From Puniceicoccales bacterium (GTDB taxonomy: Bacteria > Verrucomicrobiota > Verrucomicrobiia > Opitutales > JAIRLM01): 64,000 nt of DNA. A program made the translations under genes and the position numbers. The notes below the pieces were generated by a model, which saw nothing but the letters and a program-made list of their open reading frames with translations, had not been told where the DNA came from and did no database searches. The stretch spans positions 1,919 to 65,918 of the forward strand of contig JAIRXK010000014.1 in NCBI GenBank assembly GCA_031268315.1. Direction: 5' to 3'. Below, one piece after another: positions 9,024 through 21,000 of this stretch (position 1 is the first letter of the stretch; the number at the start of each line of letters is the position of its first letter).

Positions 9024-12000
9024 CTACTGCGCCACTCCGAGTTGGGAGGATTTTTGGCTCCATCGGACATAGAATATGCCCGTAAGCATGAGAAAGATGG
9101 CACCCGGTGCAAATATGAGCGTCTTTGCTGTGGCTACGCCAACCAATGCTGCAATGGTTGGCAAAATTCCAGTTCCAAATGCTCCAAAGAGTAGGAGTAA
9201 AGCCACTAGGACGGCTATCATAGTAGCGATGCTGAAGCCGATGAATAAGTACTTATCCTGCTTTACTTTTTCCATCAAAGCTGTCGAGCTCTTGTCGAAA
9301 TTCTTCTGACACTGGTTCGTTCCGCTTAAGAGCTGATTTGAGTCCGGGTTGTCCGCGATCTGGGTCTTGGTCGTGTCCGAGGTCTTATTGGGCAGGTCGT
9401 TCTCGTTCGATTTTTGACTTTGGCTCTCCTCATTTACGGGTGGGTTCGTATTCTGATTACTCTGGATCGTGTTGTTCTCGTCTGAGTTGATCTGCTTGAC
9501 CTGATCATTCAAGTTGCTCTTTTTCTCGGGCATGTTGATCGAATTTTCCCGGCTCTTACTCTCTTCGTTTGTGGGCAGGTTTTCACCTTTTTGACATTGG
9601 ATTTCCTCGCTCATGGGTGCGTTCGAGTACTCGCTTTTGGCTGAGTTTTTTCCGCTTGAGTTTGGATTCATTTGTTGAATATTCGTATTCATCTGCATCT
9701 GCATTGCTTTGGTATTCAATTGATTTGTGTCCTCATTGTTTTCGATTGGGCTTATGCTTTCGTTTGAGTTGATCTGCTTGTTCTGATCACTTAAGTTACT
9801 CCTATTTTCGCTTGAGCTGCTCTTAACCGCGATCGAAATCTTGGGTGTGCTCTTTTTTTTCAGATCCTGGTTCGGGCTCTGATTTACGAACATGTTGCTT
9901 GTGTTCTCGTTCTCGGTTAATTTGATTTGCTCGATTTCGGATTGGATTAAGTTTTCATTTGGGTCTTTACTGTCGCTCTCTAGTGCACTCCGATTTTCCT
10001 GACTTTTGCTCTGATCATCCACGTTTGCACTCACGTTTGTGCTCTTATTTTTACTCGAGTTGATCAGATTCTTCTGACGCGGCTCATTTTCGGGAATATT
10101 TTCGCTCAGTTCAATCATGAGTTCAGGTGTGCTTTTTTTGTTCGATGACTTGCTTTGGCGCGGGTAGTCAATCTTGGTCTGGCGTGAGGTCTGAGTGAGC
10201 GGGGTGCTTGCGATTGAAGTTGAGTCCGAGTTGGCCTTGATCGGGTTTTTGTTTGAATTTTCGCTATCGCTCTTTAGCGTACTTCGATTCTCCTGACTTT
10301 TGTTCGTGGTCTCATTGTCGCTCTTGTTTGAATTTTCTCCGGCCGCGATCGAATTCACTTGTTGAATGCTAATGTGTTCCTGTGCGGATTTGTCATCCAA
10401 CTGATTTGTGTTTTCAGGTAGGTTCTTTTGGTTCTGATCCTCGGTCGTGGTCGTAGATCTTCGCCCTTGGCTGAGTTGTCCTAAATTGATCTCTCTCTTG
10501 CATATGGGCCGATTGAAGTTCGAGTCGACCATGATCTGGGTCTCGCTGTTGACCGTGGTTTTAACTTCGATTGTGGCCTCAACTGTATCTTGATTTATGG
10601 GTCGGCTTGAGTCCAAGTTGCGGTGATTGATCGGGTTTTTACTCACGGGTATGGTCTGATTTTTGTTTTCTTGCGAATTTGTGCTTTGGAGTTCAATCGG
10701 AATTTGGATCGCCTCATCCGTGGTCCTTCTCAGGCTCGCGGACTGAATTATTTTCGTGCAGATTCTTTTGATTTCATTATTTTCTACATTCGGTAGTATA
10801 TTTTCGCTGTTTTTTTCGCAGAAGCATTTGCAAATTTCTGTAAGTAATTCACTTTCATTGGGAATGATTTTCATCAGGAGATTAGAATGTTGCGGAAGAA
10901 AAAGATTCGCAACCTCTGCATGGCCTAAAATTCCAAACTGCGCAATTATCATATCATTATTGCAATTAATGTTTTCCGCTTGTTTCTCTATAAGTGCGTC
11001 TAAGAAATTTCTGGAAAATTCCATGGAAACAATTTTATTGAAATCATTTTTCTTTTCCGAATAAATCTTTTCTAGGAATTGCATACTTTTGATGGGTGTT
11101 TTTATGCATTTTTCAAGCACAATTTTCAGCTTTTCCGGATCTTCTTCATTAATTAATTGGTCATTGCTCATATTAAGAAGATCGCTATTCATAAATTTAT
11201 AACCCTCCGCTTCAAATGGATTGAACCAATCGGAAAAAAATATGGCTTTTCTTAAGTTTTCATTTTCTTTAATCAGTGCACTAGCAATATTTGGAGTATC
11301 ATCACATAGAATTTTTATTTTATCCGGTGCATTTGGTATTCTGGCAGCACCTTCCTTTATAAACTTGCGCAAATTTGTTTCTCGCAATCGTGAAACCATT
11401 ATCTTGTCAATGGTATTTAGCATTAAATGGAATTCGGCATCTTTGAGACTGCAGTAATTAATGTTATTTAAAACATAATTAAATAAAGTGCGAACGAAAG
11501 CATTTTTTATTCTTTTACTTTTTGCATTAGTTATCCATTCGATTATTTCTTTTGCATCAGTTTTATTAATAGTTATTTTACTCAGCAAGGAAAATTTAAA
11601 CGTGTCCTCTTCAGTAAAGTAATTGCTTTCTTCGGCTTTGTTTTGGTTTAGTAAAATCATAGCTATGAGTTGCTGATCATTTGATTGAATTGCGTCATTG
11701 AGCGTGAAACGACTTAAAATAGTGTTAACAAATTTTTGGTCGTGGAACATTAATTTAATTAATGCTTTTGCAGTGTTTATGTCAGTAATTTTTTGAAATT
11801 GAGTGGTCTCAGTGACTTTAGAAATAAATAAACTATAGAGCGATTTATGTTTTGAGAATTGTAATGAATTTAGTGTGCATATAGTTTGAATCGCATTTTT
11901 AATGCCATCATCTCCGCAATTTGCTATAAAATTTTCAATGCTTGTTTCGAAAATAGAATTATCGAGCATTCTATTTGACATAGATTCGGGGAATAATTCC

Positions 12001-15000
12001 GAAGAATTCTTGATTAAAAGAAGAATTTCCAAAATATATGCATGTTTCTTTTGGGCAATGTAGGAAAAAATATTATTGGAATTATTTCCATTTTGCATTT
12101 CGTAGATTTCCTTTGATTTTTTGAAAATCTCACTGCGAGCTGACAGCTCATTAGATTCAATTACTGCAAAAGCCTTTTCTTTTTGGTCATCTGTTAATTT
12201 CCCGAAAAACACTATAGCAAAATCGATAAAATTACTACTTTCAACATCAATACTTCCACTTATGTCCACTAATTTCTTATCACACAGTTGATTTATCGCG
12301 ACTATGGCGTTAGTATCTTGCAGGAGATTTTCCGAAAACTTAATACAGGAAAAAATAAAGGTACTGAGAGGGTAGTTGCGAGGATATGCAGGGCTTGTGT
12401 CATGAATTTTCTGAAGCACTAAACTTGCATTGATGGGAGGAAATTTATTTTCTATAGTAATATCGATGCATACATCATATGCATCGATGGGGCGATTAGT
12501 CAAAAATTGCTTTTTAAATTCATTTGTAAGACCTCCTTTGTTTGCGCACGCGAGGCATAGTAATGCCGTATCTATGTCTATTTTTGCAAGATCGGCGCAT
12601 TCACTAATTTCTTTCCCGATATTGCATATTTTATCCCATATTTTTTTCTCATTTGGGGAATTTGCAGGTTTGGTATGTTTAGAACGCCTTGCGCCTATTG
12701 CTGATATAATTTTTACTGGGTTTTTTTGAGTAATATACGTAGAAATTGTTGTGCGAAAAAATTGATATGAATTATTTCCTGGGATAGCTCTTTTTATGGC
12801 GTCTAAAAAATCTTTTTCGCTCATCTCTTCCATCTTTGATCCAAAATACTCAACAAAGTTTTTTCTGTCAACTTGGTTCGATGGGTTTGAGTTAAAAAAC
12901 TTTCCGATGAAAAATTCAAATAATTCATTGCTTTTTTTATTTCTATATATTTCGAAAACACTTCGTATGATTGTATCGTCCCAATTTTTCCCTGCGCAAA
13001 ATTTTTCAATGAATTCGACGCATTGCTTTGAATTATTTTCAATATTTGCGTCTACAATCTTCCTTAATATCGGATCATTTATGTGAGGAAAAATGATTTC
13101 AGAAGTGAATGGATTTCGTATAAATTTTTTACTTGCCATTTCGCTTAAAATATTAAATTGAGGATTACTCAGTAATGCAGAAATGATTGCTTTTCCATTT
13201 TCCGCACTTAAAGCGTAATTAAATAAATAAAGAAATAGCGCATTGTATTCATCGTAGATTAATTTTAATTGTGAGAATTTACTACTTTCTAAATCCTTAT
13301 AAATTGCTTCAATTGAACTGAATATTTTTTTGCTTATTTCTAATTTTTTACTACTTTCTGGCACCCTATCGTTCATACGAAGAAATGCATTGATTTTTTT
13401 GTAATATGAAGGATCAGCGGAGTTACTAAAGAATTTATTTATTTCCTTTTTGGTGCATATTGCCTTATATAATGTTGTTGCATACTCATTGGGAAATTGG
13501 TCGCTTCCCACATAGAAAAGAAGAATTTCATCCAAATCGCTTTTGTTCCCAAATATTTCATTGCTGGCCCAGTCGCATATGGGCATTTGTTCGAAGTTTA
13601 TATTTTGGAAATGAGTTTTGAATTTAGAAAGGCAAATTTTGCATTGATTTTTGGAAAAATCACAAACTTGAGCAAGTGGCAATGGATTAGTTGGATCCGC
13701 ATGGACACACGCGGCGAACAGCGCAGCCATGTGTGGATTACGTACGCTTTTTACTCTTTTAGTGTCATTTTTTAAAATAAAAAGACACATTTTTTGCAAA
13801 ATTTCCAGTGATGCATTGTCGCTACGCAAAAATAAAGTTAATATGTCATTGTCATTAAGGGTGTCTAGAATGTTTTTTAAAAATTTTTCTTTGCATGAAT
13901 TGCATTGATTATTAATTTTACTTATCAACATATTTCGCTTTTTACTATTTTTAAGTATTGTATTTCCGTACATTAATATTGCCTTGAGAATGTTCCCAGT
14001 AATTAAACTTTCGCCGTTATTATTTAGAACTAGTTCGAAGAAAGTATCTATCTTCATTTCAATGTTGCCCATATCTCCATACGCTGCAAGCAATATGCTG
14101 CTTTTTGCTTCTTCGTCATGAATAATGTTTGCATTTTTGATTTCTTCCAAGCATTTCGTACAATTTCCACTGCGAAGCATAAGGAAGTGGTGAATTGCTT
14201 CTTTGTATTTTTTAAAATTAATTTTTTCATGAAGTATTTCGTAGCTTTTTTTCTCATTTTTTTGTAAAATTTCTATTTCCGCATTAAAAAAATGCGACAT
14301 CCATTTGACGTTGTCGAGAAATTCTATTATTTCATCATTTAATTCGGCTTTAACATGTGCATTTGCATAGGTTGTTGCCAAATAGCAATTGGTTAATCTC
14401 TTATTTTCAATGAGATTTTTTATTTCGCTTAAGTCATTTTTAGCGACAAATATGCATCTAATATCACTGGCATCTTCATTCCAAATAATAAGCGCGTCAT
14501 CTGCGCAGATTTGTGATCCGTGAAAAACGGACAACTCAACATTTGCTGCCCGTAAAAAGTTGTTTGAATAGGAAAAAGATTTAAAAAAAGAATTTCCAAA
14601 AAGTTTTCTAAATTCCCCAAAACACGGATCAGTTTTTTCAAATTGTTTGAAATGCGCTTCAAGATCTTTTGGACTATTTTCTCCTCCATGAGACCAATGA
14701 TTTTCATAATATTTATAGGCATTCAATGGGATAGAATTATCTTTTTCAGAATTTTCAAATAAAAGGGTTGGATTACGCAGATTTTTGCTGTCAATTTGAG
14801 TGCCAATTTGCGCAAGAGTTTCTTGATTGATGAGTTGCGCTACATTTATTTCTTGTTCTTGCATTTGTTCCATATTAACCTCCGTCTGCTCTTCGGCGTT
14901 CTCTTCCACTTCTTGCATTTTTTCCTGCATTGCGCCGGTATGTCCAAAATCACCATATCTATTGCATTCCAATGGTGCTAAAAATTCTTCACCCTTGGGT

Positions 15001-18000
15001 ATGCGCTTTATATTTTTCTTTGCCCGCATTTCTACATAGGTAATGTCGCTTAACATTTTCTTAAATTGTTCGGAAGATAAATTGCTTTCCAAATCTTTTA
15101 TTATTTCCGCCATCTTCGCTAGTTTTGTATCAAATTCATTTTTTATTGCATCATTGGTGGATTTTCGGCATTGTAAATATCTCCAGCCATCAAGTTCGAA
15201 TAATTTTTTCTCTATGAGAAATTCCGAAAAGGATTTTCTGAGTAGACTTTGGTTTTTGCCTTCATTCGTTGCGATATCATCATTTAACCACTTTTTTATG
15301 GCTTCCACTATTAGTCCGTGAAGTTGAATTTGAATGGCTTGTGCGCGTTGTTTAATTGTGTCTTTCGTGGTGTTATTCACAAAATGTTTGAGAAGATTAA
15401 TTGATAATTTTTTCTGACGAATTCCACTGTAGAAATTAGAGCTAGTACTTTCGTTTTCAATCATTGGGTCTATTTCCCTTAGTGCATCTTTACAAACAAT
15501 TAAGTCCATCTTCTGTCCTGGGTCATCGAGAAATTTTCGTTCACGCATGATGCTCTGCGTAAATGCGCTCATTTCCATGTTGTGCAAATTTGCAGTCATT
15601 AGTCCATGTCCGTTGCTCTTCATGGCGGGGTCGGATCCGACGCTGTGTCCCGCGTCGAGAAACGTGAAAATCTTATCGACGTCTTTGGGGCGCTGATACT
15701 TCGCGTCGTTCAAAACTGTTATCGGGAAATCTCCATTTTCGTGAATATTTTCGACTTCTGCAATGGCAAATGCTCTGACCCGGGGATCGTACCATTCAAT
15801 GTGGGTAACATCAAGCTCCGATGAACGTATAAATTCAGCGATGTCGCGGATAATATCGCGGGTTTCTTGGGATATGAGGAAGCACCCGCTGTCGACGATG
15901 ATGCGAAGATTTTTAATCACAGCTTCAGCGTCGTTTGGATTTGCCCTTTGAACATTCATTTTCCATTGTCGAAGTAAATTTTCGGCAGTTAAAACGGAAA
16001 TGCCCTTCGGAGTTTTAGTTTCTTCAGTGTCCATGGTTTCCGGAGATATGGCATGGATGTGGGAATGCTTATTTTCATTGTTTTCCACAAATTTTGAACA
16101 TACAGCTCCAAGAGAACCTGTTTGCGGACTGTAATGTTCTTCCATGCACAAAGGAAATGCACTTCGATTATATGTGGTTCCAGTTGCTCCAATGGCCGAG
16201 TGAAATACATTTTCTATAACTGTGGAAGGTGATGTGCTGTAGGAGGATGTATTCCAAACGGCAGCAGATGTGCAGACTTTTTGCGACAGTGTAGTCGTGA
16301 CATTTCTTCCGTCTGGAGTAGATGCATATCGTCGAATTGCATTTAAAATTTTATCTGAAATACAATATTTATGTTCTTTATTCATTTCAACTGCGTCATT
16401 TAGATGCAGCAGCTCTCCTTCGTGTGTCAATTTTTTGAAGTATATTTCAAACATTTTAAAAGAATTTGTTTCGTGGAATTTAATTTCAGCAGAAATTTCG
16501 TTATTCATCCCGTTATGGAGTTGCATAACAAAGTTGTAAATGGTTTTTTGGGAAAAACCTCCGGACAGAATGCTTAGGCATGAAAAGCAGATAATTTCCC
16601 ATGGATTTTGAAACTTACTCTTCGACGGTTGAAAATTCGCATAGGGTATCACTTCACCCGTTACGGAATCATAGCCAAAGTCCTTAGTGTAAACCTTTGA
16701 GAAGCAGTGTGGAATGAGGTTGGTGGCCATTGCCCGCAGGGCAAGAATGGACTTCAATTTATCGCCGTCCTCGAACTGCTTCATAATTTTGTTAATTTTT
16801 TGCTGCGTATCTATACTTTCGGGATTCGTTTCGGATTGCCCATCCAACTCGCCGACCATAAACTTAAGAAATAAGCTTTTCTCGTCATTGTCGGAAAAAC
16901 CCACATCCATCGAAGTTAATTTTTTTTCAACTGCTACCTTTAATTGATTGCGCAATTCCAACTTAGCAATCAAGCTTTGCTGGTTGTTTTTACAGGCGGT
17001 TAATAATTTATCAGGCAGGCAGTTAAATATAAAATCAGTGACTGCTTTGATTTCATTATCACCAATTTGCATTGTATCTTTTTTTCCATTTGGCGCTGCT
17101 TCAATGATGAATGCCTCCTTCGGATTAGCCGTGAGGTGAATTTCATCGAATATGCTGGTACATTTATTTAAAATTCCCATTACCTTGGCGTATTCAATGA
17201 GATATTCATTTGTGTTTTTATTGAGCTCCGGATCGATTGAATTGAAAATTGCAAGCAATGCCATGAGTTCGTTGGAAGTAAATACGGGTATTCGGGTTCG
17301 TTCTTTTACTATATCATTCAGTTTTTCATAGAGAGATCGCATTCCATTCACCGACTTTAAACTTTTGAAATCTAGGTGAATTGCCTCAATGACGATTCCT
17401 AATTCGCTAAAAATTGCGGGCAGCTCTTTGAGTACGGAGGGAAGTTGAGTCGAATGCGACACAATGACCGGATAGCCAAAGTAACAGCTATCCTCATTGC
17501 TGCCATCATCATATTTGCTGCGCTTTTTCTTTAGACAGAGCCCCATGAGCACCAGCGCGGGAATGAGGGCCTTCGACTTTCCGCTCCCCATGAGTTGCTG
17601 AATCAGTGCGCCAACTGCAACCTTATTTTCACCGTCGCCCTCCCCTTGGAGGGTCTCGAGAGTAAAATATATTTTTTCGATTTGATCAGGGCGCAGGCGA
17701 ATTTGCGACATCATCTCCAAAATGAGTGAAAATTGATAGATTAATTTATTGCGCTTTCCAACGTCGTCTGCCTTGAACTCATCGCTAGAGTCATCACGGA
17801 GTGAGCGAATAAGCGCAACGACCGTTCCCCATGTGAAATTATTTCTATCTTTTGAAAATGCATAAAGCGCATCATTTATCTTCTGAATATGGCGTATGGA
17901 GTTTATGCCGGAAATATAGTCTTCAATGGCCTCATTGAGAATACTAAGCTTTTTAACGTCAAAGGCAGGATTGCGATCGCGAATGTACTTAAGAGCCCTT

Positions 18001-21000
18001 TTTTTATGCCCTCCCGCGTAGTATCCAAATATGCGGTGAATGTCCTCGGGAATGTTTACCGAGCTCCACTTGCCGGAGCCGAAGGTTGTTTCAAATTTAC
18101 CAGCGCATAGCAAATCGCCAATTTTTTTTACAAGTTCAGAGGTTGCTGCGCGCAGATCGGTTGTTTTATTTTTTAATGAATTTGAAAAATTTCCTAAAGC
18201 GGTTTCTGCTATGTTTTTAAAGAAATTTTCATTTAAAAATGGATCATTTTGTCTTTTAGTCTGTTCGCACCCACTCGCATCCATTTCGCTTTGAAAGGCT
18301 TCTAGATCGCTTTGAAATTCAGTGCTCGCATTGAAAGCTTCATCGGAATTGTTTTTCCCGAGTATGTCATAGCGTTGCGCGGAAGAACTATTCTCCTGCG
18401 GTGAATCAGAAATGTCCATAACTTTATTGGGATCATTTACTTCTATCTTGAAAATCTCTCTTGCATTTTTTGCTATTTCTCTCTCTGCTAATTTGCATAT
18501 TTTTCTTTTCGTTGCCTCTTCCTCGTTTATTTCCGCTGAAGCATCGTTGAATGGAATGCCGTTCATCGCTTGTATGTTTTCGGATTCGCGCAAGGAGATC
18601 GCCCGCACTTTTTCGGATTCACGCAAGAAGAAATATAATTCATCTTTTTTTTGATGCACTTCTTTATTTTTGTAGTAGCTGCTTATATTTTCACTCAATG
18701 TAAGTTTTTCTTTGTGCACTTTTTCTAGCACTTCTAGATGCAAATTTATCTTTTTGATTTGGTCGAGATCGAGATGAAATTTTAATTGTCTCCACAGAGA
18801 TATTTCTTTTTCAAATGACATTTCTGTAAGTATTGAATAATGATCATAGCCAGAAAGATAGGTCGCAATTAACTCGGGGAAAAACTTAATACTTCCAAGT
18901 AATTTTCTCACCCCCATCGAACTCGCATCCCACTGCAGCATACGTCCAATGGCTCTAAAAATAAAATTGGCGGATTTGGGTGATCTTTCTTCTCCGTCAA
19001 TAAACCATAGTATCATATCCCGAAAGACGGCTATTTCATCCTTGCCAATCGCTCCATTTGTCGACAGTAGCTGCAGGTATTTTATTGCATTTTCATATTC
19101 TCCCTGTATTTGAAATGCTTGCGCAATGCGAAGCGTTCCGAGTGGTGTGTTCCCGGTCATGGGTTTTTCGCAGAAAATGACTGGATCACAGCTAAAGGAT
19201 ACTTCGCCCAGGCATTCACTTTTCCAAAAAATTTCGCCATCTAATTTGGGACTAGCAAAGGCAAAATTATATTGATGCATGAATTGATCTTTTCGTCGAT
19301 AGGTGCCTCTTGGGATAAGAAATTTATAGCTTTTCATGGAATTGGAATCAGTATTTTCAAGGCATAGATAATTAGTAAAATTAATAAGCGGATTATGTAG
19401 ACAATTATTAGATTCCATAGGAATGCCATAACCGTCCAATAGTGGTGTCGCTATGCCAAGGCATAGTTTATAATTTTTATTACCATTCCATCTCCACGAA
19501 TAAGTTTCATCAGGTTCTTTGAGTGGCGTCAAAAAGATCTCATTGCCGTTCGAGTCTTTTAACCTAGGGAAAAAAATACGTACTATTTTCCCGTCGTTAT
19601 CATAGAGAGCTCCAATGCATTCTTTATCTTCGAAGAGGGATAGGCACGTATTTTCGAAAGGCTGTATGGTTGATGTCGATGATAAAGGTCCTGAAAATGC
19701 AACAAAGTACCCGTTGTCCTGTTCGCGATAACTTTTTAATACATATGTGCTTTCTCCGTTAATTTTTGTTTCAATTGTTTCAAAAAGAAGCCTCCCTAAA
19801 GGATTATTTTCGTAGATTCTAATGAATCCATTTTTTGCTATAAAAATATTAAAGTCACTGCAAATAAAATACGATGGTATGAATTTTAAATTTTCAAAAT
19901 TACTATCTTTCGTGTCCATCTTACCTAAAAAGAGCCATTGATTTTGATCGCCATCCAAATCGCATAAAATACTGACATAATTCCCGTGTTCATTTCTTCT
20001 TACTTCGATGGCGCCGAAAGTCTCATCTTTAAAAAAAGAAAAATCTCCATTGCGAACTATTTCAAACTGTTTATCTCCAAATAAGCGCTTGCAATCATCG
20101 TCATCAGAAATGCAAGATTGGCATGCGGTTAAAATTTTGCCATTTACATGAATTGATAGCGTTAGGAGGTCAATGAAAATATTGTCGCTTTGAAATATGG
20201 CATTATTGTTCGATTCGCCATATTGCGTCAGTTCGGAAACCGCAATGTTGAGATGTTTGCACAATTCACCGGCAATTTTTTTTGCGGCATTTGGGTGATT
20301 CATCCAATAGCGATCGAGTATTTCGCAGGCATCGTTTGCCGCATAGAGACAACCTTTAGGTAGACCGCGTGCATTAAATTGTTTTAGCATGTAGCTATTG
20401 AAAATAATTCTTTTAATATATTTAACATTAATGGGTTTTTGCCATGCTTCCAACCTATTTTCACCAGTTTCTTCTACGGAATTCAATTCAAGCATATTTA
20501 AAATGCATTCATTTTCCATGATAGCAATGTAGTACTTAGCATCACTATTGGCATTTTCTCCGTTCATTATATATTTTTCAAGGTTTATAATTTTTTCCAT
20601 ATGATTCGTTAAAATCTCTAGAAGCATCTTGTAGGTATTTTCATCGGTTTTGTGTTGAGTGATGATATTGCGTAAAACTAGAGATTTATAGTGCATTACC
20701 ATTGCCAATGATGAGGCACTAATTTGATTGAAGGGCACGCGGGTACAAAATTTTTCTATACCATCATGCTCCAGCGCATTAACTGCATCAATTAATTCAT
20801 TGAAATTGCTTTTCGCATTTTTTTCGATTGGCCTAGGATCTTTCAGATTGTGCTGAATAGTATTTCCTATTTTTCCTATGGAAAAATCCTGCATCGTTTG
20901 CTCGAAGAAATGCATCAAGTAATAGTTTGATTTTTGCATTGACTCAGAATCATCGTTGGGGCTATTCGCATTAGTATTTTTCAAATTGCCAAAGGCATTA

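Noticed and set aside
9290-10710. Possible CRISPR-like or non-coding repeat array
   Set aside because: The repeats are imperfect, of variable spacing, and lie in frame within the giant ORF, encoding S/N/Q-rich peptide repeats. No repeat-spacer architecture is present.
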